From Acidimicrobiia bacterium (GTDB lineage Bacteria > Acidobacteriota > Vicinamibacteria > Vicinamibacterales > UBA2999): a stretch of 56,814 nt of DNA. Under the pieces are notes generated by a model. It made no database searches and was not told the DNA's origin. It worked only from the letters and a program-made list of their open reading frames with translations. The stretch lies in NCBI GenBank assembly GCA_016871255.1, contig VFZH01000006.1:1-56814 (forward strand), given 5' to 3'. Position numbers and translations under genes: made by a program. Below, piece by piece: positions 48,234 through 56,814 of this stretch (position 1 is its first letter; each line of letters begins with the position of its first letter).

Positions 48234-49534
48234 TTAGGAGGCGAGGATGCGCCCCTGGCTGGCGCCGGCGCTGAGCGCCACGCGCTCGACGAACCCGGCC
48301 ATCCGCGGGTAGATGGCGCGGGCGTCGAAGCGGGCCTGGAAGAGCGCCCGCGCCCGGCGCCGCATCTGCAGCCGCTTCGCGCGGGGCGCATCCACCAGCG
48401 CGAGAATGGCGCGCTGGAGCGACCGGGGCATGCCCGCGTCGTACTGCTCGCCGATCCGGTGCTCGCGAATCAGCGCCTCGAGCTCGCCGCCGAGCGACGA
48501 CACCTGCGGCAGGCCGGCCGCCATGTACTCGAAGGTCTTGTAGGGCAGCGACTGCGTGGCGTTCCGGGTGTACGGCAGAGCCCCACCGTGGCGTGCGCCA
48601 TCAGCTCGGCGAGGGAGCGCTGGTCGAGCCAGCCGGTCAGCGTGAGATTCGGCAGCCCGTCGGAGCGGCGCCGCATGCGTTCCATGCGATCGCCGTCTCC
48701 GGCGATCACGAACTGGATGTCCGAGCGCCCGGCGCGGCGCATCTCGGCCGCACATGCGGCGATCGTGTCGAGGTCGTAGCTCTGGCCGAAGCTCCCGCTG
48801 AACGCCACGAGCCTGGCGCCGTCGGGGATGCCGAAGCGGGTCCGGAACGCAATCGGCGGCCGCGCGCCCTCGTCGGGGGGGTCCGACACGTCCGGGTCGT
48901 ATCCGAGTGGAAAGACCTCCGCCGGCAGTGCCGCGCGCCCTTCGGCGCGGGAGGCGCCCCAGCGCAGGTACGTGTCCGACACGGCCGTCAGGCCCGACGC
49001 GGCCCCGAGCGCGCCCGCCACCCTCCGGAACTCCCGCGCGAGCAGCCCCCGCACAGCGGGTCGGGCGATCGGCGGCACCACGCTCAGGTAGATGTCGGGC
49101 CACGGGTCCTGCACGTCCACGACCACGGGCACGCCGAGCGCCCGCCCGGCGCCGACCGCCGCCTCACACAGTTCCGGCGTGGGCACCGACGCCACGATGA
49201 CGTCCGGCCGCGCCGCCCCGGCCACCAGGCTGGTGAAACGCGCGGCCAGCGCGCGATGGTGAAACCAGCGGGAGAGGGCCACGTTGCGGCGGTACCCGGG
49301 CTGGCAATGCAGCAGCTGCAGGACCAGGCCCCTCGACACCTCGATGCGCTTGTCGGTGTGAAAGCGATGCCGGCGCGCGAGGTGCTGGAACGTCGAGTTC
49401 CACCACACGACCTGATGCCCGCGCCGCGCCAGTTCCCGGCTCAACAAGCCGTACCGATGGTCGCGGGCTCCGGGATCGATCCCGGCGATCGGCTCACCGG
49501 CGTGCACAATCCACACGTTCAGCGTCGGAACCAT
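48234..49534 (-). pseudogene. GT4 glycosyltransferase, frameshifted at ~48578
   Basis: The N-terminal frame (DVQDPWP, FSGSFG..YD, IAGDG) shifts to a frame carrying PYKTFEYMAAGLP. Start at 49534 or 49615. Confidence 0.75.
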
Positions 49535-49611
49535 GGCCCGCTGCCGGTCCGCGTGAATAGCCGCTTCCGGCGGATCGGAAAGCGCATCCTGCCGTTCTGA
49601 CACGTGATCGC

Positions 49612-50349
49612 TCACAGGCCCAGAGCCCGCCGGATCCGGCCCTTCAGGCCGGGCACCGGCGCCGCGGCATCCCCCGCCGCCTCAAGGCGGCGCATCGCGT
49701 CCGCGAACGAAAAGACCGTCTCGATACGCATGCGGGCCGCACCCGGAGGGGCGGACGCAGCCGAGTCCCGCCACACGAGAATCGGCGTGGCGATCGAGTC
49801 GGTCGCCACATCCAGGCAGTTTTCCGGGCGATCGTCGATCACCAGGTCGAGCGCCAGCGATCGGGCGACGAGCCCGCGCGAGCCATCGACCACGAACACA
49901 CTGGGCAGGTCGAAGCCCTGCGCCGCCAGCCATCGCTGCGACTGGCGCTGCGCCGTCTCGCCGACGGTGGACGGCCGCTGGGTCAGGAAGATGACCTCCC
50001 ACGCCCGCTCTCCGGCGGTCTGCGCCAGCCTGGCCACGGCGCCCGGCTCGAGCTCCTTCAGCGTCGTCCAGAAGTTCTCGATGCGCCGGACGTGCGACCA
50101 GAGCCTCCGGTACTCCCGGCTCGTGAGGGGGCGCCGCGACGCGGGCGCCGACGCCGACTCGCCAGACGGGGCCGGCCGGCCTGGCGAGTCCTCACCCTCA
50201 TCCTCGGAATCGACCGGGGGCACCGCCGACGCGCCGCCGCCCTGCCCCAAATCCACGTCTGGACCGAAGAGGGCCTCGGCCTCCCGCTGCAGGGCTGCCC
50301 CCATGTCAGCAAGCGTGCCGTCGAGATCACAACCGATGCGCAGTGTCAC
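49612..50349 (-). CDS. HAD-superfamily protein (5'-nucleotidase-like)
   Basis: DLDGTLAD, FLTQR and IDDRPEN. Confidence 0.7.
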   Translation of the reverse strand: MTLRIGCDLDGTLADMGAALQREAEALFGPDVDLGQGGGASAVPPVDSEDEGEDSPGRPAPSGESASAPASRRPLTSREYRRLWSHVRRIENFWTTLKELEPGAVARLAQTAGERAWEVIFLTQRPSTVGETAQRQSQRWLAAQGFDLPSVFVVDGSRGLVARSLALDLVIDDRPENCLDVATDSIATPILVWRDSAASAPPGAARMRIETVFSFADAMRRLEAAGDAAAPVPGLKGRIRRALGL

Positions 50350-50434
50350 GATGTCCGTCCGGGGCAGGCTCCGGAATCCTGAGCGCCCCGCGGCAGCATA
50401 TCGCGCCCGCTGCAACAGGGACGAACGCGGGGGG

Positions 50435-51451
50435 TCACGCGTCCGCCGGCAGGGCCCCGGATCTGGCCCCGCGCGTGGTGGTCGTGGTGGCTTGCACGGC
50501 GGCCGCGATCGACTCGGCCGTCGGATAGTACGCCCGCTCCTGGTGCCGGCTCATCGGAGCCGGGGTGTCCGGCAGGCAGACCCGGCGCGGCGGGGCCTGC
50601 AGGGCGTCGAGGACCTCTGTCGCCGCCGCCGCCAGGATCTCGGCAGCCGTGCCGAACCCCTCCCAGGCGGCATCGGCGACCACCAGCCTTCCCGTCTTCC
50701 GTACGGACGAGAACACCAGGTCCCGATCCCACGGCTTGACCGAGCGGAGGTCGATTACCTCGACACTGATCCCGGCCCGATTCAGACGCTCGGCCGCGTC
50801 GAGCGCCCGTGGCACCATGATCGACGTTGCGACCACGGTCACGTCCGTGCCGGTCCTCAGCCGCCGCCCGGTGCCGATCGGCACGCGGTACAGCCCCTCG
50901 GGCACCTCGCCTGATTCCCCGTACAGCCAGCGATCGTCGATGTAGACGACCGGGTTGCCGTCGTAGACGGCGTCGATCAGGAGGCCTTTCGCATCCCGCG
51001 GGGTCGCCGGCATGACCACCTTCAGGCCGGGCACGTGGGCGAACACGGCCTGCAGCGACTGCGAATGCTGGGCCGCCTGCTCGCCGCCCCGGTTGACGAT
51101 GGCCCGCACCACGACCGGCACTCCCAGGGCCCCGTTGAACATGTACGACCAGTTGGCCGCCTGGTTCACGATCGGGTCCACGGCGAGCAGCATGAAGTCC
51201 ATCCGCGGGTGCACCACGATCGGCCTGAGCCCGGCCAGCGCCGCGCCGACGGCGAGGCCGGTCACGGCGTTCTCGGACACGGGGGAATCCATGATGCGGT
51301 CCCGCCCGAACTCCACGTCGAGACCCTGCATGCTGGAGCCGACATACCACGGGCTCCACACGCCCTGTCCGACGACGAACACACGCGGGTCCGACGCGAG
51401 CAGCAGCGCGTGTGCCTCGCGAATCGCCTCGGCGTAGGTCAGCGTCCGCAC
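50435..51451 (-). CDS. ThDP-dependent dehydrogenase E1 beta subunit
   Basis: DSPVSE, QHSQ, PGLKVV.P and IDLRSVKP. Confidence 0.9.
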   Translation of the reverse strand: MRTLTYAEAIREAHALLLASDPRVFVVGQGVWSPWYVGSSMQGLDVEFGRDRIMDSPVSENAVTGLAVGAALAGLRPIVVHPRMDFMLLAVDPIVNQAANWSYMFNGALGVPVVVRAIVNRGGEQAAQHSQSLQAVFAHVPGLKVVMPATPRDAKGLLIDAVYDGNPVVYIDDRWLYGESGEVPEGLYRVPIGTGRRLRTGTDVTVVATSIMVPRALDAAERLNRAGISVEVIDLRSVKPWDRDLVFSSVRKTGRLVVADAAWEGFGTAAEILAAAATEVLDALQAPPRRVCLPDTPAPMSRHQERAYYPTAESIAAAVQATTTTTRGARSGALPADA

Positions 51452-51455
51452 GATC

Positions 51456-52442
51456 TCATTCCACCCGCGCCGCGAAGACGTGCGCCCCGGCATCCTCCGG
51501 TCTGGCGTCCGGTGCGGCCTTCGCCCGGGCGAGCGCAGCGCGCACCTCTTCCCGCGCGTCGCGCTCAATGGCCGCCAGCCGTCCGGCGTCCATCCCGGCG
51601 GCCTGCAGCCACGCGCCCGCGCGGGCGATCGGGTCATTCGCCATCCAGCCGGCCAGGTCGGCACGGCGCCGGACGCCCACGTCGAGGTCCTCCGCAGGAC
51701 CGACGTGCCCTCTCCACCGGAAGGTTCTGCACTCAAGGAACACCGGCCCAACGGCACGCGCGTGCGCGACGGCCTGCACGGCGGCCGTGTGCACCGCGAG
51801 CACGTCGTTGCCGTCGACTTGGTCGCCCGGCACACCCAGGGCACGCGCGGTGTCGACGATGGCCTCCGCCGCCCGGCGTTCGGACAGCGACAGGTGGCTG
51901 GCATAGAGGTTGTTCTCGCAGACGAACACGACGGGCAGCTTCCAGAGCGCGGCGAGGTTCACCGATTCGTGATAGTGGCCCTCCTCGGTTGCGCCGTCAC
52001 CGAAGAAGCTCACGGACACGCGATCCGTCTTCAGGCGTCGCGTCGCGAGGGCGGCGCCGACAGCCAGCGGGATCGTGGCGGCCACGAGAGGCACGGTGCC
52101 GAGGATGCCGACCTCCGGGGCGAACAGGTGCATCGATCCGCCCCGTCCGCCGCTGCAGCCGCTCGGCTTGCCGAGGATCTCGGCCAGCAGCCCCGTCAGA
52201 TCCCCGCCCTTCGCGAGATAGTGACCGTGCGACCGGTGCCCGCCCCAGACGTAGTCGTCGCGCCTGAGAGCGGCGCAGATGCCGGCGGGAATCGCCTCCT
52301 GCCCGATGCAGAGGTGGCAGGGGCAGAGCACCTCGCCCCGCTCGACCAGATCCGCGATGCATTCTTCCACGCGACGGATACGCAGCATGGACGCGTAGAG
52401 GCCCTCGACGAACGGAACGGAGGGAATCACGCGTGCGGGCAC
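51456..52442 (-). CDS. ThDP-dependent dehydrogenase E1 alpha subunit
   Basis: GQEA, GRGGSMH, GDGATEEG..ENN and RWRGH. Confidence 0.9.
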   Translation of the reverse strand: MPARVIPSVPFVEGLYASMLRIRRVEECIADLVERGEVLCPCHLCIGQEAIPAGICAALRRDDYVWGGHRSHGHYLAKGGDLTGLLAEILGKPSGCSGGRGGSMHLFAPEVGILGTVPLVAATIPLAVGAALATRRLKTDRVSVSFFGDGATEEGHYHESVNLAALWKLPVVFVCENNLYASHLSLSERRAAEAIVDTARALGVPGDQVDGNDVLAVHTAAVQAVAHARAVGPVFLECRTFRWRGHVGPAEDLDVGVRRRADLAGWMANDPIARAGAWLQAAGMDAGRLAAIERDAREEVRAALARAKAAPDARPEDAGAHVFAARVE

Positions 52443-52454
52443 CGGCCAGGCATG

Positions 52455-53405
52455 TCAGCGAGGGGCGTGGGCGGACCGGGGCGGCAGCGCCGCGTCCTCC
52501 ACCAGTCCCGAGAAGTCTATCCGTTCGTCGAGCGCGGCCAGGTTCTCGCGAAGCTGCGCCACGCTCTTGATCCCGACGACTGCCGCGGACACGAGGCCGG
52601 ACCCGAGCACCCACTGCAGCGCGGCCTGGGCGGGACGGAGACCTGCGGCGGAGGCGCGATGGCCGAGATGTTCGAGCAGGCGCTCCTCCGCAACGGACAG
52701 CGGCGGCAGCCGGCTGCGCCGATCGGTCGGGTCGAATCGCGTGGCGCGCGAGTAGCGCCCGCCGAGCAGACCCCGGGCCAGACAGCCGTAGGCAACGGTG
52801 AGGAGCCCGCGGTGGCGCGCGTCTTCCAGGGCAGGCACCGCCCGCCGGTCGAACAGGCTGAACGGCAGCTGCACGGCCGCGACCGGTGCCCGGGCCAGGG
52901 CCGCCGTCACCTCTGCCGATGAGAAGTTCGAGCAGCGGATCCAGCCGATCTTGCCGGCCTCGACACACCGCAGGAGCGCCGCCATCGTCTCTTCGACCGG
53001 CGTCCGTCCATCCGGCCAGTGTACGAAGTAGAGCGGAATCCGTTCGAGCTTCAGCCGCCGGAGGCTGCCTTCGACTGCGTCCGCGATCGCTGCCGCGCTG
53101 TTGTCACGCCGCGTCTCGGCGCGTCGGCTGGTGCCGGCCCAGCGCCACCGGACGCCACCCTTGGTCGCCACCACCACCTGGTGGCGCCTGGTGTCCAGCG
53201 CCTCCGCCAGCCGCTCTTCGGACAGCCCGAGTCCGTAGACATCCGCGGTATCGAACAGCGTCACGCCGGCGTCGACGGCCTCGCGGACGGCTGCCCGGAT
53301 ACCGGACACATCGACAGGCCCCCAGTCGGTGCCCCCCAGCGGTTCGCACCCGAATCCGATCCGCGAGACCAGGGGTCCGTCAGATCCGAGTCGAACGTAC
53401 TCCAT
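52455..53405 (-). CDS. Aldo/keto reductase
   Basis: FDTADVYG, ATKGG, SLRRL and VHWPD. Confidence 0.9.
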   Translation of the reverse strand: MEYVRLGSDGPLVSRIGFGCEPLGGTDWGPVDVSGIRAAVREAVDAGVTLFDTADVYGLGLSEERLAEALDTRRHQVVVATKGGVRWRWAGTSRRAETRRDNSAAAIADAVEGSLRRLKLERIPLYFVHWPDGRTPVEETMAALLRCVEAGKIGWIRCSNFSSAEVTAALARAPVAAVQLPFSLFDRRAVPALEDARHRGLLTVAYGCLARGLLGGRYSRATRFDPTDRRSRLPPLSVAEERLLEHLGHRASAAGLRPAQAALQWVLGSGLVSAAVVGIKSVAQLRENLAALDERIDFSGLVEDAALPPRSAHAPR

Positions 53406-53994
53406 GGCCTCGGGACAGCATCGCCTGGACGGTGCGCGCCAGGATCTTGAGATCGACCGCGAACGACGACTCTCGGACGTACTTCAGCCGGAGCTCGTTT
53501 TTCTGCGCGAGCACGGACCGGCGGTACACCTCGTCGACGTCCTCGGCGCCGACCACCGACGCCAGGTCGATGAAGCGCAGCGACGCGTAGTCGGTGATGC
53601 CCGGGCGAACGGAGAGGATGGCGCGTTCGCGGTCGCCGTACAGTCGCGTGTACTCTTCCACCTCCGGCCTGGGCCCGACGAGGCTCATCTCGCCGCGGAC
53701 GACGTTGATCAGCTGTGGCAGCTCGTCGAGCTTGTATCGGCGGAGCACCCGCCCGAGGCGCGTCACGCGCGGGTCGTCGAGGCCGGTGGTGGTGCCCCCG
53801 AGGCGCTCGGCGTCCGCCACCATCGTCCGGAACTTCAGCATGTCGAAGGGCCGGCCGTGCCGCCCCGTCCGCCGGCCTCGATACAGGATCGGGCCCGGCG
53901 AGTCGACGCGGACGGCGGCAGCCACCGCCAGCAGCACGGGCCCGAGCGCGCAGAGCAGCGCGGTCGCCACGGCCAGGTCGAAGGCGCGCTTCAT
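53380..53994 (-). CDS. Priming sugar (phosphoglycosyl) transferase
   Basis: KRAFD, KFRTM, DELPQL, LVGPRPE and PGIT. Confidence 0.9.
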   Translation of the reverse strand: MKRAFDLAVATALLCALGPVLLAVAAAVRVDSPGPILYRGRRTGRHGRPFDMLKFRTMVADAERLGGTTTGLDDPRVTRLGRVLRRYKLDELPQLINVVRGEMSLVGPRPEVEEYTRLYGDRERAILSVRPGITDYASLRFIDLASVVGAEDVDEVYRRSVLAQKNELRLKYVRESSFAVDLKILARTVQAMLSRGHGVRSTRI

Positions 53995-55862
53995 GCGGAC
54001 CTCTGGGATGCCGGGGTGCGGGACACGAACCCTGGCACGATCTCGTGCAGACGGGCCAGCACCTCGGAGACACGGCCGGCGGCGGCGGCGTCTTCGAGCG
54101 ACGCGACGGCCTGGAGCAGGCCGCCCGCGCGCACCGCCGCGCGCCGGGACGACACGCGGCGGACCTTGGGCACACCCGACGGCGCCGCGTCCTCATCGTC
54201 ACCGACCAGCTCCTCGGAGAGCTTTTCGCCCGGCCTGGGCCCGATGAACTGGATGGGTATCTCGACCTCCGGAATGTAGCCGGACAGGCGGATCAGGTCG
54301 CGCGCCAGGTCCAGCAGATTCACCGGCCCGCCCATGTCGAGCACGTACACCGACCCACCGCCCTGGTGCGTCGCCGCCTGCAGCACGAGCTGGACGGCTT
54401 CGGAGATCAGCATGAAGTAGCGCTGCATGTCCGGGTGCGTGACGGTCACGGGACCACCGGCGGCGATCTGATCGAGAAAGAGCGGCACGACGCTCCCGTT
54501 GCTCGCGAGCACGTTGCCGAAGCGGACCGCGCTGAAGTCGGTGCGACCGCCGGCCCCGGCCATGGCCTGCGTGGTCAGTTCGGCCACGCGCTTCGTCGCT
54601 CCCATGATGCTCGTGGGGTTCACGGCCTTGTCGGTCGAGATCAGGACGAACCGCGACGCTCCGTGCCGCTGCGCGGCCTCCGCCACGAGCCGCGTCCCCC
54701 GGACGTTGTTCTTGACGGCCTCGCAGGCGTTCGCCTCCATGAGCGGCACGTGCTTGTGGGCGGCCGCGTGGAACACGACGTCCGGACGGTACTCGGACAT
54801 CAGGGCCTCGATGCGCGCCTGGTCGGTCACGTCGGCGATTGCGCCGACGAGGGGGACCGCCGGGTGCGTACGCGCGAGGGAGTTGAGCAGATCGAACAGC
54901 GCGTTTTCGTAGCGGTCGAGAACCACGAGACGCGAGGGCATGAACGCGGCGGCCTGGCGGCAGATCTCCGAGCCGATGGACCCCCCGGCGCCGGTGACGA
55001 GCACCCGGCGCCCGGCGAGCAGCTCTCGCACGGGCGCGGGGTCGAGCTCCACGGGGTCGCGCTGGAGCAGATCCTGCACCTCCAGCGGGCGGATCTGGCC
55101 GACGTCGACGGGTCGGCCGAGAAAGTGGCCCAGCCCTGGCAGCGTGGTGATGCGGACCTTGGAGTGCTCCAGCGCCCGGACGATGGCCCGCAGCTCCTGC
55201 GGCGACGCCGTCGGCACGGCGATCAGCACCTCGTCGGCGTTGACCTGCTGCAGGATGGCCTTCGCCTCGGCGCGTCCGCCAAGGACCGGCAGGCCGTGAA
55301 TGGTGCGCCCGTACTTCGACGAGTCGTCGTCCAGAAAGCCGACAGGCTGTGCGCCGTAGGCCGGGTTCTGGCGCATGTCGCGGACGATCAGCTCGCCGGC
55401 GTCACCGGCCCCGAACACCAGCACCCGACGCCCCTGCCGGCTCTGCGCCAGCTCGCGGTAGATGCGGTGCGACAGCCGCACACCCGTCAGCAGGCACACC
55501 AGCAGGATGCTGTCGATCATCAGAATCGACTTCGGGAACGGCCGCGGAACGCCCAGCGCCAGGTGCAGCGCGAAGTACAGCAGGCTGCTCAGCAGCACCG
55601 CGAGCAGGATGTTCCGCAGGTCGTAGATGCTGGTGTAGCGCCACAGGCCCTGGAACAGCCGGAAGGGGATAAAGAGCGCAACCCGGCACGCGACCAGGAG
55701 CGGAATCGTCTGGAAGAAGTAGCCGACGTACTCCTCGGGAATCTCCCCGTCGAACCGCAGCCACGCGGCCGCCGCAGCCGACGCCACGATGAGCATGGCG
55801 TGGACCACCACGGCGATCAGGCGGCGGAACCGGATGACCGGCGGCACGCGTTCGCCGATCAT
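53991..55862 (-). CDS. Membrane-bound NDP-sugar 4,6-dehydratase (CapD/WbpM/PglF family)
   Basis: N-terminal TM segments; TGAGGSIGSE, AAAHKHVP, STDKAVNP..MGATK and RPGEKL. Confidence 0.9.
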   Translation of the reverse strand: MIGERVPPVIRFRRLIAVVVHAMLIVASAAAAAWLRFDGEIPEEYVGYFFQTIPLLVACRVALFIPFRLFQGLWRYTSIYDLRNILLAVLLSSLLYFALHLALGVPRPFPKSILMIDSILLVCLLTGVRLSHRIYRELAQSRQGRRVLVFGAGDAGELIVRDMRQNPAYGAQPVGFLDDDSSKYGRTIHGLPVLGGRAEAKAILQQVNADEVLIAVPTASPQELRAIVRALEHSKVRITTLPGLGHFLGRPVDVGQIRPLEVQDLLQRDPVELDPAPVRELLAGRRVLVTGAGGSIGSEICRQAAAFMPSRLVVLDRYENALFDLLNSLARTHPAVPLVGAIADVTDQARIEALMSEYRPDVVFHAAAHKHVPLMEANACEAVKNNVRGTRLVAEAAQRHGASRFVLISTDKAVNPTSIMGATKRVAELTTQAMAGAGGRTDFSAVRFGNVLASNGSVVPLFLDQIAAGGPVTVTHPDMQRYFMLISEAVQLVLQAATHQGGGSVYVLDMGGPVNLLDLARDLIRLSGYIPEVEIPIQFIGPRPGEKLSEELVGDDEDAAPSGVPKVRRVSSRRAAVRAGGLLQAVASLEDAAAAGRVSEVLARLHEIVPGFVSRTPASQRSA

Positions 55863-56740
55863 CCCGCGGCCTCCGCGCCGTACAGGTGCGGCAGCCGGAG
55901 CCGCCGCCGCAGGCCCACCATGCTGCGGTACGGAGGGAACAACGACATGGCGGCGTGCAGCCGCCGCAACCCCGTCGGCCGCACAAGCCGATCGTCCCGC
56001 CACAGCCAGTCCGCGTCCAGCAGGCTCATCGCGTGTTCCGCCATGCCATCGAACAGGCGCACGACTTCGCGGCACTCCCGCAGGAACCCCGGATCGTCGC
56101 TGGCCGCCCGCGGGTGGGGCTGGTGCACGAGACACACCGAATCGCTGATGTCCACGACCGGGATCCCCCGCCGCTTCATCTCGTAGACCGCCCAGCCGTC
56201 CGTGCCGTACCGTCCCATCGGCAGGGGCGGCGGGCGAAACGGCAGCCGCCGCGGATGCGCCCAGAGATCGACGTACTGATGTCCGGCCCGCTGGCCCTCC
56301 GCGCGCACGGCCCGGTGGACGCGTGCGAACCAGTCAGGGGCGTCGAAATCCACCTGCAGCGGCCGGCGCAGGTCGTGCCGTCCCGCAGCCAGGAAGTAGT
56401 CGCCGCCGTCGAAGGCCCCCGCCGCCGCCTCGATCACGGCCGTGAAGTCCGGCGGCACCAGCACGTCGGCGGTCGAACACACCACGATGTCGCCCCTCGC
56501 ATGTGCGATCCCCTGCTCCACGAACGAGTCGAACAGAGGCACCCCCGAGGCGGCTCGCCGCACGCCGTCGACCACGCGCACGCCGAGTCCCGATACCGCC
56601 TGCCGGGTCGTGCCCTCTTCGTCCTCCGCGAGGATCACCTCGCACGCGGGCGTCGTGGCCAGCCAGGACCGGACGGTGTTGAGCTGGAGTTGCGCGGTCT
56701 CGCCGCGGAACGGGCGCATCGGGGCGAAGATCGTAATCAC
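55859..56740 (-). CDS. Putative GT-A fold glycosyltransferase-like protein
   Basis: Coupled to both neighbours; TAD (DxD-like) and late HQ.H motif; lies in a polysaccharide cluster. Confidence 0.55.
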   Translation of the reverse strand: MITIFAPMRPFRGETAQLQLNTVRSWLATTPACEVILAEDEEGTTRQAVSGLGVRVVDGVRRAASGVPLFDSFVEQGIAHARGDIVVCSTADVLVPPDFTAVIEAAAGAFDGGDYFLAAGRHDLRRPLQVDFDAPDWFARVHRAVRAEGQRAGHQYVDLWAHPRRLPFRPPPLPMGRYGTDGWAVYEMKRRGIPVVDISDSVCLVHQPHPRAASDDPGFLRECREVVRLFDGMAEHAMSLLDADWLWRDDRLVRPTGLRRLHAAMSLFPPYRSMVGLRRRLRLPHLYGAEAAG

Positions 56741-56814
56741 CGATCGGGCTCCCCAGACTCCGCAACCTCGTCGATCGCCCGATCGATCGCGTCGAGATCC
56801 GGCAGGCGGTCCTC
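56737..56814 (-). CDS. C-terminal end of an upstream gene (partial)
   Basis: Open frame EDRLPDLDAIDRAIDEVAESGEPDR*, with a GTGA overlap to the next gene. Confidence 0.55.
   Translation of the reverse strand, partial: EDRLPDLDAIDRAIDEVAESGEPDR

Overview
GC-rich (~70%) bacterial chromosomal window with about 50 protein-coding genes. Gene content and repeat types suggest Acidobacteria, possibly Vicinamibacteria (inference only). No rRNA, tRNA, CRISPR array or transposase gene was seen. It holds an orphan nuoG with a dsbD-like gene; M1, S9 and M28 peptidases; kbl; a Tat-exported PaoABC-like molybdoenzyme operon; a metF-like/methyltransferase operon; a heptose/radical-SAM/E1 island broken by several deletions (27.2-30.5 kb); malQ, glnS and rmuC; a signalling module (hybrid kinase, fliA, DHp-only protein, HTH protein, FleQ-like sigma54 activator); and the end of a polysaccharide cluster with E1 alpha/beta, an aldo-keto reductase and a CapD-like dehydratase. 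The most notable signals are: (1) a ~160-bp element with 25-bp terminal inverted repeats, found inside a REP, as a second copy carrying a nested 351-bp element with a CCAG duplication, and as a probable collapse scar; (2) a perfect 78-bp nested palindrome in frame inside malQ; (3) a sigma54 promoter with paired FleQ-type boxes upstream of fliA; (4) a candidate ThDP-dependent branched-sugar pathway; (5) a PaoB homolog lacking one Fe-S cysteine, followed by a small Cys-rich ORF. All product calls come from motif recognition by eye, not database searches.
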